Of a DNA stretch of 64,000 bases, positions 25,663-37,544 are shown piece after piece (within the stretch, counting starts at the first letter, position 1; the number at the start of each line of letters is the position of its first letter). Source of the stretch: Octopus sinensis (taxonomy: Eukaryota); assembly GCF_006345805.1 (NCBI RefSeq), contig NC_043016.1, positions 6,820,001 through 6,884,000 on the forward strand, read 5' to 3'. Below the pieces are notes generated by a model. The model saw only the letters and a list, made by a program, of their open reading frames with translations, had not been told where the DNA came from and did no database searches. A program made the position numbers and the translations under genes.

Positions 25663-27765
25663 CACTGGGATATTATATGGTGTTTCATATGTAGTTTTGT
25701 CCACAGATTTCAAAAATGCAATCGGTTTCCTTCTATCAGGCACAGTTTTTCTGATGAGATAAGAGAGGTATATAACTCCCATCAGCAGCATCGCTACACG
25801 TAAACGTCTTATACAGGTAAATTCTGACTTCTGTTTTATAACTATTTGTATTCATTTTGTAATCTTATGTTTTCATAATCTTTTCTTTTCATAAATTTTA
25901 CTTTCAGTTTAAGGTGCCAAGTCGTCATCATCATCAAATTCTACTCAGGATGTCAAGGCATTGCAAGAACAGTCCTGATATATTTTGTCATGTCTGTGGT
26001 TCATTTACCACCAAAGCTCAGCAACGTGCCATCACAAGTGAAATCAAGAAGATCTACCAGTTATACTTTGGCTGCTCTCTCAGGGATCAATATAAGAGTT
26101 GGGCCCCGCACATCATCTGCTCAGCAAATGAACTAAGGGATTGGCTAAATAAGAGGAAGAGAGCAATGCCATTTGCAATACCTATGATATGGAGAGAGCC
26201 AAAGGATCATTTCATGGACTGTTATTTCTGTAACGTTAATGTATGTGGGTTTACTGTAAAAACCAAGCATACGATTGTGTATCCCAACTTGGAATCAGCA
26301 AAAAGACGATGATGATCTTCCTATTCCAATACCCCCAGAAAATGGCCTTCAGATGTCTGACGAAGATATATTTCCTAAAGAAAATACTACTGCTGTGGAA
26401 GAGACCGAAGTGGATGCAGATTTCATGATTGAAAATGAAGACGTACACAGAAATTGTCTCAAGAAGAGTTAAATGATTTAGTTAGAGACTTGTCATTGTC
26501 GAAGGATAAAGCTGAACTATTAGCATCTCGCCTACAAGAAAAGTGTCTGCTGAAGAAAGATGTTTGTATTACTCATTTCAGGAAGAGAAAGAGGGTGTTT
26601 GTTCCAAGAGCATGTTCCAGCTGAATGGCGCTTATTCATAGATTCATCAAAGAGAAGCTTACACAACGGCAATAAGAAACTATCCATTCCCATAGGACAT
26701 TCAGTGCACTTGAAGGAGTGTTATGAGAACATGCAAGTACTCCTCAATGCCATAAAGTATACAAACTACAGCTGGAAAATATGTGGAGACTTGAAGGATA
26801 TTGAAATGTTGATGGGAATGCAATCTGGGTTCACGAAATATTGTTGCTTTTTATGCCTGAGGGACAGTCGTGCAACTAACAAGCACTATGTGCAATCAGA
26901 GTGGCCCTTGCGAAGCTCATATGAGCCAGGAGTTTCTGGCGTCCAGAGTAAGCCACTTTTAAACCCAGAAAACGTTCTTCTTCCCCCTCTTCACATAAAG
27001 CTTGGCTTCATGAAACAATTTGTGAAGACACTTTCCAGGAAAAATCACCGAGGCAAAACTGGAGGACGTATTCATAGGCCCGCAGATAAAAGAACTCCTG
27101 AAGGAGAACCACTTCCTCACAGCACTGGATGAAATTGAGCTTAAAGCCTGGGAATCCTTCAAATGGCTCGGTGAAAATTTCCTGGGCAACAAGAGATCTC
27201 TAGAGTTTAGAAATGGAGTGAAATGTCTTCTAGACTCCTACGCTGCAATGGGCTGTCGGATGTCACTAAAAGTCCATTTCCTTGATTCACATCTGGATTT
27301 TTTTGCAGAGAACCTTGGAGCAGTGTCTGATGTGCAAGAGGAACACTTTCATCAAGATATTGCATCGATGGAACAACGATATCAAAGATTTTGGAATGCA
27401 GTAATGTTAGCTGACTACTGTTGGATGTTATACAGGGATGAACCTAAGACAAAACACCATAGAAAGTCCAAATCCCAAGGATTTCAAGTTGTTACGCATT
27501 TGAGTGAATTCTAACTTATTTGTACACAATAATTTTAATTTTGTACAATAAAAAGCCATGAAATTATTGTATCTTGTATTCAATATACTTTATATAGACA
27601 TGCTTTACGTATACTATAAGTTGAAAGAGCAGGCATCATTAACATGAAAATGTGACCTGATAGAGGAAATCGGACTTCAGATTCGTAATCAGCATCAAAA
27701 AATAACCCAGAAATGGTCAATCAGCAACTCTGATGATTAAAAAAGTTTCATTTTGTTGACCAGTG
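25663..27765 (+). mobile_element. Chapaev3-like (CMC superfamily) DNA transposon with frameshifted transposase
   Basis: TTA|CACTGG...CCAGTG|TTA, i.e. CAC termini and a 3-bp TTA TSD, with imperfect subterminal inverted similarity. Transposase motifs MSRHCKNSPDIFCHVCG, WAPHIIC, PFAIPMIWREP.DH..DCYFC, WRLFIDSSKRSL, KICGDLK, GFTKYCCFLCL.DSRA, LPPLHIKLG.MKQFVK and GAVSD.QEE.FHQDI..MEQRYQ..MLADYCW. Confidence 0.85.
25950..27514 (+). pseudogene. Chapaev3-like transposase pseudogene
   Basis: Split over ORFs 25914..26312, 26560..27132 and 27218..27514 by frameshifts. A putative 5'UTR intron spans GT 25817 to AG 25907. Confidence 0.85.
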
Positions 27766-27774
27766 TTATTAGAA

Positions 27775-28123
27775 TAGTGGTTCACAACAAGGTTCCATAC
27801 GATCCCTGGAGGTCCATATAAGATTAAGGGGGGGAGGGGTCCACGCAACAAAATAGTAAATTGGGGATCTACAATAGTATTTTAAACGCCCCTGAAAAAA
27901 ATTTGCTTTAGATGTATTTATTGGTGTTTATTGCAAAGAAACAGCTAAGTCTCTTTCTCTAACATTTTACCCAGTTCAAACTACACAAGTTAATGTGTGG
28001 AAGAGAAAACAGGAATTTTGAAAGAAATTATAAAACTAATCTTTAAACATTGAATGGCTATGGGAAATCTACCAGAATAAAATAGCAAAAGGGTCCACAA
28101 ATAAAAATGGTTGAGAATCCCTG
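27775..28123. mobile_element. hAT (Charlie-like) MITE with 8-bp TSD
   Basis: Ends TAGTGGTTCACAAC and GTTGAGAATCCCTG. Flanks TATTAGAA (27767..27774) / TATTAGGA (28124..28131) match at 7/8 with a central TA. Confidence 0.75.
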
Positions 28124-28301
28124 TATTAGGAAATAGACAGCTACTACTCTGAATATACTCCTTCAATGCCACTCACGTCTAACGCTGCCAACGTATCGTC
28201 TATGTCCAAGAATACTAACTGCAAAAGTGATTTCTTTCTTCACTTTTGTGGAGAATCAAACCGCCACTATGCTACATTGCTTTGCGCGGACGACGAAATT
28301 C

Positions 28302-28541
28302 GGATCTTTTAGCTTTGACCGGCAGATTTTTAAAATGATTTCTTTGTAACGTCATTGATTGGTCGAAATTGCCGAAATGCAAGAAATTAAAGAACAAATA
28401 GCTTATAAACTACAGAATTTTCTCAAGAAAGCCAAGAGAAAAAGATGTTTTATAAACACATTCTACCAGTATACAAAGTTTAAAATTTTTTAGTTACAAA
28501 GAAATTATTTTAAAAATCTGCCGGTCAAAGCGAAAAGATCC
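28302..28541. mobile_element. Merlin-like MITE, copy 2, with perfect 8-bp TSD
   Basis: TIR GGATCTTTTAGCTTTGACCGGCAGATTTTT / AAAAATCTGCCGGTCAAAGCGAAAAGATCC. CGAAATTC is duplicated at 28294..28301 and 28542..28549. Confidence 0.85.
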
Positions 28542-29566
28542 CGAAATTCTTTTACTTTTATACAATCTTCAAGAACGTTTCTTCCTGCAAGTTCATCTGC
28601 CTTCTATACTTTACAGTTTTCACTTATGTATAAAGTTTACTGTGCTACTGTAGGTCTCCTACATAACTTGTCTTAAATTTGAAGCGACTTTCATTCCCTC
28701 CTGATAAGTCATCTAGTTACATTCAGACCTTTTTTGGCATTGAAATTTACTGAATGACAACTGTTGTAGTTACATTGAGTTTTCTGCAGCCATTGTTGTT
28801 ACTATTCGGTTGCTGTGTTTGACAGTCACAAAGCTGACAACCACAGTAGAAATGATGGGGTAGCGGCGATGATTAATTGGTAGGTTGGTTGGTTAGTTCT
28901 GAAAACTTCGACCGTTTTGTAGCTGTTGTTCTTATACTTTTACAATCGATACCATATTTGCTTTTGCTACAGTTGGCGTTGCCTTCATGAATGCTGCTTT
29001 GAATTTCATACGATGACCAACACCCGAAACCTTATAACATAACGTTGTTGACAAACATATATAATAAATGCCATCTTACAAAAAAAAAAATCAAAACTAA
29101 GAATATCTTCATTATTTAAAAAAAAAATTTATTTAGTAAAATGAACTAATCAAATAATGGAAGCGCAGAATAATGTGATTTTAGTGTATCTTTAATTAGA
29201 TATTGTAATTTAGCAATCAGCAGTGTCATTAATTATATAATATGTTTAGCTTATACTGCAAAATGAAGGCGATTACGAGATATTTGCATATAACACAAAC
29301 CACCTACCGTATTATAAATGTCCCAACACCGACTTTATATTCTCCCTCCCCTCTCTCACTCTCTGTCTGTCTATCTTTCCTTCTTTCTTTCACTGTGTAT
29401 ATAAATTATAAAGGTGGCAACAGGTACAGTCGTCAGTAAAATGACTGAGGATGCTAGTAAACACCAGCAATTTTAGGAATAAGAGTCACTTTAGTGACGA
29501 CTATACTTGTTGTATTTCCGTTGTAAATTGCAAATAACCATCTTAATAATAATAATATTATTAATA

Positions 29567-29604
<38 letters not shown>

Positions 29605-29640
29605 GTAGTAGTAATAATAATAATAATAATAATAGTAATA

Positions 29641-29699
<59 letters not shown>

Positions 29700-29846
29700 G
29701 AGCATTGTCGATGTGAGAACTATTACTACCCATGTATTTTAATTTAACTATTGAGTTTAGTTTAATGGCCTACCAATGTATACTATGAGTTTCTTTGCCC
29801 TAGGAGTCGGGAAGACACTCAGCAAGAAATGGAAGCAAATTTGAAG

Positions 29847-29877
<31 letters not shown>

Positions 29878-30087
29878 CGTGTGGAATTTGACTGGTGACC
29901 GCCGCTGCTGTCATCAGCGGTTTTTTATTTTATTTTAAGAAGCAGAGAGAAATAGGGTTTGTAAGAAATCAAAGTTGGGGGAGAAATTTCCCTCAAGGAG
30001 AGAGATCTCTGAGAGAGATTTTTATATACGTATTCTATTGTTCTTTTATATAATTCATTCTTATATATACATGTATATATACATACA

Positions 30088-30151
<64 letters not shown>

Positions 30152-30599
30152 ATTATATATATATATATATATATAATGTTATGTCTGGGGAGAGTCATTT
30201 TCTTTTTGTGCCTTCTAAGTTAAGACACTCACCGGTAGAATTTTCACTTATTCCTTATTTTTATTTTCGTAACATTTTCATTGCGTCTTGCAACCATTTC
30301 AATAGTCTTGACTCTTGAAAGGACTATTGAAAAGGTTGCAAGACGCAACGAAAATTTTAGGAAAGTAAAAATAAGGAATAAGTGGGAATTTTACCGGTGA
30401 GTGTGTTAAATTAGAAGGCACAAAAAGAAAATGACTCCCCCCAGACACAACAGAATATGCTTCAATACACGAGCTCATATACAGAATCTTGCAAACCAAA
30501 TCTAAAAACGAAATATATATATATCTGTGTGTGTGTGTGTGTATGTATGTATATATGTGTATGTATATATATGTATCTATATATGTGTATGTATATATA

Positions 30600-31053
30600 G
30601 TCAATAATAAAAGGGTAAGACTAATTAATTATTAATTAATTTTACCAAGTAGTGTTCAGTATGTAAAAAGACCATTTACGGTATATTTGAAACATTACGT
30701 TATAAAAATAGGGTTCAGTAAAATAATTTACTTTATCACACACCGAACTTTTTAGAAATAGCAGCCACAAATCTTAGCTATTTCTTCTACTGTAAGAAAA
30801 ATCTCCCAGACAATGCATACTCAAAAATAACTCACACAGGTATAGAGGGAAAAATAACGAAAGATCACACGTATATAAGATTACCTGAGAACGGCCCGTT
30901 TCTGGATTAGTTGAATATAAAGATCAACATTTCCTTCGTCAGCTCAAAGATTTCATTTGATTTGGATTTGAGAGCACTAAAAATCGAACATACCCGTCTG
31001 GTATGAGTAATCCCAGTAATTATTTTACTGAACCCTATTTTTATAACGTAATG
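30600..31053. mobile_element. (TA)n-embedded foldback element (PLE-derived) enclosing a hammerhead motif
   Basis: Perfect 36-bp inverted repeat at 30693..30728 / 31018..31053. AT-rich leader ..GGGTAAGACTAATTAATT..TTACC resembles those at 51180..51235 (inverted) and 63470..63525. Confidence 0.75.
30884..30948 (-). ncRNA. Candidate type I minimal hammerhead ribozyme (PLE-type)
   Basis: Minus strand: UUUGAG-CUGACGA-A-GGA-AAU-GUUGA-UCUUUAUAU-UCAAC-UAA-UCC-A-GAAA-C-GGGCC-G-U-U-CUCAGG. Core CUGANGA and GAAA are intact, stem I UUUGAG/CUCAGG forms, and the cleavage triplet is GUU. Hand-folded only. Confidence 0.65.
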
Positions 31054-31082
31054 TATGTATATGTATATATATATATATATAT

Positions 31083-31146
<64 letters not shown>

Positions 31147-31429
31147 ATATATATAATATATATAATGTCTTATGCCATTTAGTATGCAGTTCAAACTTAT
31201 TTACTGCTGTGCTATTCTGACTACGCTCGTGTTTGAATCGATAATGTATAAAAATGGAGCTGTCTTGCATATGTGTTTGCCTCGTGTTTTTGGGCGATCC
31301 TACAAATGAGCTACAGATACCAAATTAATTATTTGGTCATTAATAGCGAAACTCCAGTACAGAGTTAACTCATTTTTTATTCTCTCTAGCAGCGTGCCTT
31401 AAGAATTCCTTTTACGCGAACTCTGTAAT

Positions 31430-32545
31430 GGGATATTTAGAACAACAACTCTACTAAAAAGTAGAGGAAAACCATACCACTGGATTCAGAAAGTATATTG
31501 AAAAAGCATGGAAAAGATACCTTGATGATTGTTTCATAACCGAGAGAGAATCTCTAAATACTGTGGAAGAGTTCAATATTCTCCTGAACAACCGACACCC
31601 ATCTCTCCAATTTACAGAGGAGATGAGTAGTACCAAATTACCATTCCTAGATAAAATGGTAATTAAAAAGGACACCACCATTACCACAGATATATTCTAC
31701 AAACACGGACACACGTCAATACTTGAATTTTAAGTCATGCCATCCACCACATACAAAGCGCAACATCACATACTGCCTAGCCAGAAGAATTTGTACCATT
31801 GTAGAAGATGCAAATATCACGAACAAACGCCCAAAAGAACTAAGAGAACTTTTGCTCAAACAAAAATACCAGTCTCTACTTATAGAAAATGGCGTAGAGC
31901 AGACTATAAAAATACAACAAATGAGAAGAAGCCAAAGAGGAAAACAGGGATAAGTCATACCATTTATAGAGATATTCAACCCATGTCACCAGAATATCTT
32001 CAACATTGTCAAAGCAAACCTACCAATCATTGCTCACAGTAATGAATTAAAAGATATAATCAAAGATAGAGCTATTGTTCTTAGTGAAAGACAGCCTAAA
32101 AACCTGAAAAAATCATTAACAAAGGCAAAGCTTGACCTTAGCAACAAAGACCAATCATTCACTGTATCTAAATGCAATGATGGTCGGTATGACACATGTC
32201 AATTCATACATACTGGCCAATATATGAACACAAAAGCCAGAAAATTATTCACAAATGCAAATATGAATTTAATTAATTTATTGCATCAAATGCCTGAATT
32301 GTGAAGAGTTATATGTAGGTCAGAATAGAAATGCACTATCAGAACGTTCACGTGTGCACCGTCAGCAAATCAGACACCCAGATGTCCGTCAGATACATTT
32401 GAGTAACCATCTAGCGCAACATGCGGTCGGAAAATATTTATAATATTTCCATTCTACAAACTGCAAAGTCCAAGTGAAATTGAGAGAAAAATTAGAGAAA
32501 AGAACTTTATTAATAAATTCCAACCCAAGCTGAATAAACAATAAT
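31430..32545 (+). pseudogene. Penelope-like element ORF relic (RT C-half plus GIY-YIG endonuclease)
   Basis: WKRYLDDCFI, HPSLQFT.E.S.TKLPFLD, TDIFYK, YLNFKSCHPPHTKRNI.YCLARRICTIV, SKCNDGR..TC, LIYCIKCLNCEELYVGQ...LSER..VHRQQI, and FINKFQPKLN* at about 32541. Confidence 0.85.
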
Positions 32546-32779
32546 ACTAATACTTAGAGGTGCTATTTCTACTGCTATAACCACTACCACTAACAACAAC
32601 ACAATACTAAATGTGCTCATGATGACGATAGCAGGAAAATACTAGCTGAGTCATGGGAAAAGTCAGTAAAAATAATCTTATTTTTGGATTTAAAGTTTAT
32701 ACCACCGCGACTCCTACCACCACCACCACCACCACCACCACAAACAATAACAACAATAATAATAATGATAATAATAATG

Positions 32780-33267
32780 TGATGCAGTACCAGGCAGTGG
32801 CTCTCATGGCTTCTGATCTTAACTGATTGGAAGTGTTATCATGTACATTGTTTTGTCTTGGTATAAAAGATGGGCTACAGCAAATATTCTGCTCAATACC
32901 ACAGATTTGCTTGTCAGTTGTTTGATCTTAACCAGTTGAGCATGTCCCTTAGTGGCTGACGATATGTGCATCTCTGATCACGAGCAGAAGTAGTGGGGAG
33001 CATCATAGCCATGTGTTGAGAGGGATTCTTTGGGTTTGAATAGTTCACCTCTGGAAACATGGGTGGTTCTTTCAACATCCTTAAACAACCCTTATTCAGG
33101 GACCGTTTGAGCGGGATGGGCTACTCAACCTGAAGAAAATTCTAACTGGGCCCCACCTGCAAGGTCATGTGCTGTTTATCTTGATATGAGATCACCATGT
33201 CGCGCACATATGGTTGTGATGCATGTGCCTGGTGTACCTTTATCAGACGGGTAGTCATGATGGGTAT
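32780..33267. repeat. About 550-bp (TTA)n-associated repeat, inverted copy fused to a SINE-A 3' half
   Basis: Reverse complement of 1710..2192. Breaks at GATGGGTAT and continues into TAACTTAGCGGTTCGGC. Confidence 0.9.
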
Positions 33268-33269
33268 GA

Positions 33270-33428
33270 TAACTTAGCGGTTCGGCAGGAAAGACCGATG
33301 GAATAAGTACTAGGCTTACAAAGAATAAGTCATGGGGTCGATTTGCTCGACTAAAGGCGGTGCTCCAGCACATGGCCGCAGTCTGATGAGTGAAACAAGT
33401 AAAAGAGTAAAAGAGAGAAAAGAGAGTA
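33270..33428 (+). mobile_element. SINE family A 3' half
   Basis: TAACTTAGCGGTTCGGC..GAATAAGTACTAGGCTTACAAAGAATAAGTC.TGGGGTCGATTTGCTCGACTAAAGGCGGTGCTCCAGC..GAAACAAGTAAAAGA. Confidence 0.85.
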
Positions 33429-33480
<52 letters not shown>

Positions 33481-33496
33481 ATGTAAATTGTCTATA

Positions 33497-34072
33497 TAAA
33501 TATGAGAGGAAGAAAACGAGAATGGAATTCACGAAATTCATTATTAAGGACTAAGATAGTTTCGAACCCTTGCATCGGTGCCTCGCGGGTGAGATATTGT
33601 ACACACTGTTGTGAGGCATCAATGGTGCAGATGCGTGTATCGTAAGATGAATTGTTAAAAGGTATCTCGTTTATTAATCTCCGTTTCCCTTATTTTGATT
33701 AGAATACATTTTGGTAATACACTATTTGCATACGCTAGTTAAAATGAAGAACACTTCTTGTATAAGTAATAAATTTGCTTACAAAGAATCAAAACTAAAA
33801 TAAGTATAAAATAAAAAAATGAATCAAATAATATGCTTTACACTAATGACAAAATACGTTAAAGAAAATCATAAAATAAAACAATCATGGATAAAAGAAA
33901 AAACAAAACAAAACACAAATGAACATTCAAACTGACCCTAGGCGACTTTCATATTTTATGGAACAAAAATTTATATATGCATACACACACCGATGCGCAA
34001 TGGGCCGAAACTATCGTAGTGATTAATAAAGAATCTCATGAATTCTATTTTCTTTCTTCTTCTCTCATATTT
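33497..34072. repeat. Foldback element with ~85-bp imperfect inverted arms carrying a hammerhead-like motif
   Basis: ATATGAGAG..GAATTCACGAAATTCATTATTAAGGACTAAGATAGTTTCG (33497..) is the inverse of CGAAACTATCGTAGTGATTAATAAAGAATCTCATGAATTC..CTCTCATAT (..34070). Confidence 0.7.
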
Positions 34073-35266
34073 TGTAAACTCTTCGAGTACGAAAAAATTC
34101 CTGAAGTAAATTCTGTGAGACTTATATCGATATTGTAGATGACATCAGGTAGTCGAATACAATGAATGGGCTTTGAACGGCATAAACATACCCGGCGTTG
34201 CTCGGGATTTAAATGGCATAGTTTGTATATATGGTGCAATTAAGTTGAAAAATGTGATACGGGGAAGTACAGCATTGACGACGACAAATCCCTTGTGAAG
34301 TAAATGAACAGCTAATTCGAATAAGTGACGTGTCATGCGTCTATTTGGAAGATTCCATGCCCTAACCTCGTCATGGAAAGTGGGTGATGGGTATGCGATT
34401 TTTGAACGCACCAAAAAGGTCTCAGTGGATATACCCACCTTTGCGGCTGCGGCTACCGCGCTGAACAATCAGCAGACATAGGAACTACATCTATGTGGTA
34501 AATTAAGCCTGTTGGCGCACTCAACAGCACCACATGAGAGAAACCTACATGAAGGAAATGACATGGTTAGGGGGTGGATTGGCTGAAACTGTTAATGCAT
34601 CATTCCTGGCCATGCGAATATTACACTGCCCGTCGCTGTACTGCATGTACAGTAGCTGTACATGTAGTGTTTTATGATTGTCTAACTGAAGTCTCATGTG
34701 GCGATTCATTTGCTCCCCTTTTCAATTTCTCACCTACCACCGTTTTTCGACCAATCAAGGATCTCCTTTTTGGAGACATTATGTCAAGAAATATGATGTA
34801 ATGAAATAAGATGACAATTGTACGTTTAAAATGAAATTTCAATGAAAAATGGCAAATCTTTGCAAAATTTAAGAAATACATATAATGAACTGAGCTGACA
34901 CTGTTATGTTATTAATCAAATGTCAATAAAAAACATTAATTGATATCAATATTTTGATAGTAACGCAGTAAGTTTTACATTGTAACACGCGTAAGTGAAT
35001 TAGTTACGCTGGATGTAAGGGAGAAAATAAATTTCTGAAAGTTATTTCGCAAAGAGTAATCCCCCATATCTACAGGAATCGTACGTCACCCAGAACAGGT
35101 TGTTTTCTGCTCCCAAGAGCCCGTTACCCATTATGTCAAAAAATTTAAGAGTCTAAAACCATCTCTGAGACACAAGGGATTATGATCCCAGTTTGGAGAA
35201 AATCAGTTGTGAACTTCAGAAGTTATGCAGGTTTACACACATACATACACACATGGTTTGAGTTTT

Positions 35267-35440
35267 ATATTGGGTCATCCCATAAATAATGCAGTTTTTA
35301 TACTTCTTTTATTTTTCAAAATTAAGATAAACAAAGTTCTTTTTTAATCTAAAATATATTCTCCTTCATTTTCTATGATGCTCTTCCAGCTATTTGGTAG
35401 ACTTGCAATGCCCCTCTTCCAAAATTCACTTGTCCGTAAC
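35267..35440 (-). mobile_element. Mariner right-end relic
   Basis: TA+TTGGGTCATCCCATAAATAATGC terminus. Minus translation FWKRGIASLPNSWKSIIENEGEYILD*. Confidence 0.7.
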
Positions 35441-35450
35441 GAAAAATACT

Positions 35451-35755
35451 TTTCATTGTAAGAACACTACAGTTTTCCGGACATATATATAATCAACTTT
35501 AGAAAACTTAAAAACTTTAGTATCTACAATTTGTTGTGAAAACTTTACACTTCTCTTTCCTTTTCTCTCTCCCTGAGCATTCGAAAATGTAAACATAGCA
35601 TCTTTTTATTGCAAGAACACTACAGTTTTCTCTGGCCGGACATACAAACGATCATCTTTAGAAAATGTAAAACATTAATACCTACAATTTTCTGTGAAAA
35701 TTTTACCCTTCTTTTCTCCTTGACTACTCGAATATGTAAACATACTTTTTATTGC
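35451..35755. repeat. Tandem duplication of a ~152-bp unit
   Basis: ATTG.AAGAACACTACAGTTTT..CCGGACATA...CTTTAGAAAA...CTACAATTT..TGTGAAAA.TTTAC...CGAA.ATGTAAACATA is present twice, with the start of a third unit. Confidence 0.8.
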
Positions 35756-35944
35756 AACAAATTTAACTCTCGATAAAAATTAAGGAGATAAGCACCTGCC
35801 AATATATACAAACTGCACAATTACGAAAACTGCAATCCACAGTTTTTTCCACTCGGAAAATTCAAAAATTCAAAGAAAAAATCAAAAACTTCAAAAGTTC
35901 AACGATGTAAACGTCATTATATATATATATATATATATATATAT

Positions 35945-36420
35945 TAATAAATGACATAAAACATATGCATATATATAAACATATATGTACGTACCTACCT
36001 CTACATGTACATATACACGCATATATGAGTACATGACACCAAAGGGACGTCGAACACAAAGAGAAACGAAAACATAGACACAAACCAAAGGAACTGGACA
36101 TTTTTTTAAAAACAACAAAAAATGGAGTACAGGACAATTAACACAAAGAAAAAACCCCTTCTTCAGTCGCTATGGTTTCATCTACTCTACGTTTCGAAGG
36201 ATAAAAGCGAGACGTATCTTCGACAAGAAACTTTCCTTCCTGCGAAAAGCAAATCAATTAAAATTCTGAGATCTTTTCGCAGAGGGGTAAAAAATGGTAA
36301 AAAATGGTAAAAAAACAGGACAGTAACGACAGTACAAAAATATAAACAGTAAAAGACAGGACAAGGAAAAACAAGATAAGAAGGGCTGTTGACGCCGAAC
36401 GAAAAAAGTATTGCAAACGC
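35945..36420 (-). repeat. PLE-related interspersed repeat (partial second copy at 59257..59410, opposite orientation)
   Basis: The reverse complement of 35945..36115 aligns with 59257..59400 (GTTTTCGTTTCTC.TGTTC.ACGT...TGGTGTC.TGTACTCAT.TATGC). Contains a CGAAACGTA motif. Confidence 0.65.
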
Positions 36421-36451
<31 letters not shown>

Positions 36452-36729
36452 TTTTTCTATTAGTAATTTAAAACACAAGATGAATTGGTTCTTTCTAATT
36501 GATCACTAGTAGTATTAAACACATTTGACTACTGCTGACCACAAGGGCGTGACGCTTCTTTTGTCCCCTTAACGAAGCCCCATTGTTGATCTCCTCACCA
36601 TTTGCCGAACCTATTTACAGACCTGTGGAATTTGATCTTCTCTTTCTCCTACTCTCACTTTCTCCAACTCTCATATATTTATAATTATCTCAAGTACAAA
36701 ATTAAACAACATTTAATAATACCACACAG

Positions 36730-37530
36730 TAGTGGGAGCAAAGATAGGCTCTCAAGACTGTTACAATATCAGTAATTGTGGGAGCGCTTGGAATGTTCAA
36801 AAAAGGAACTGAAAATTAGTTAAGAGTGATCCCTGGATTACCATCCATACAGGAAGTACAAGGGATTGTATTAAATAGCATGGATAAATTATAGGAAAGC
36901 CTATGACATGATCCCACATTCATGAATATTTGAGTATATTCAGTATAGCAGTATAACATAAGAGAATTTATTAGCATGAGCACAAAGAAATGGACAGTAA
37001 ATTTCTACTCAGGTGACACGCTCTTAGGGAAAGTTAATATCAAAAGAGGAATTTTCCAGGAAGAAGCATTGTCCCTTTTAATATTTGCCTTATATTTGAT
37101 CCCCCTCTGTTTAGTATTAAGGAAAGCAAAGGCCGGGTATTAGTTTAGAAAATAGTAAAGGGAAAATCAACCATTTGTTCTACATGGATGATCAACCATT
37201 TGTTCTACATGGAAGATCAACCATTTGTTCTACATGGATGACATGGATGATGTCAAGGCTAAATGGCCCGAATCTAGTGAAGGCTGTAAATACTTGGGCA
37301 GTATCATTACTCAGATACTCAGCAGCTTTTGTAGATTGGACAGAAACTGAATTAGCAAAACTAGACAGAAGAACTAGGAAAGAATTCAATGTGAATGGAG
37401 GATCCATCCAGTAGCAGGAGTAGCAAAATTATACCTACTTAGAACGGAAAGTAGAAGAGGGTTAATGTTAGTGGAAATCTGCGTAGAGTTACCTGAAGCT
37501 GTTATAGACTGCTATGCAGGTAATTGTAAA
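36730..37530 (+). mobile_element. Rearranged R4/Dong LINE fragments (RLE tail, then RT with triplicated YMDD segment)
   Basis: VIVGALGMFKKGTEN*LRVIPGLPSIQEVQ (same family as 13326..13460); KVNIKRGIFQEEALSP; INHLFYMDD x3; NLVKAVNTWAVSLLRYSAAFVDWT..LDRRTRK. Confidence 0.75.
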
Positions 37531-37544
37531 GAAAGTTGTACTTT

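Noticed and set aside
28900-29040. Possible pogo/Tigger DNA-binding-domain relic on the minus strand
   Set aside because: Similarity is too weak and no TIR was found.
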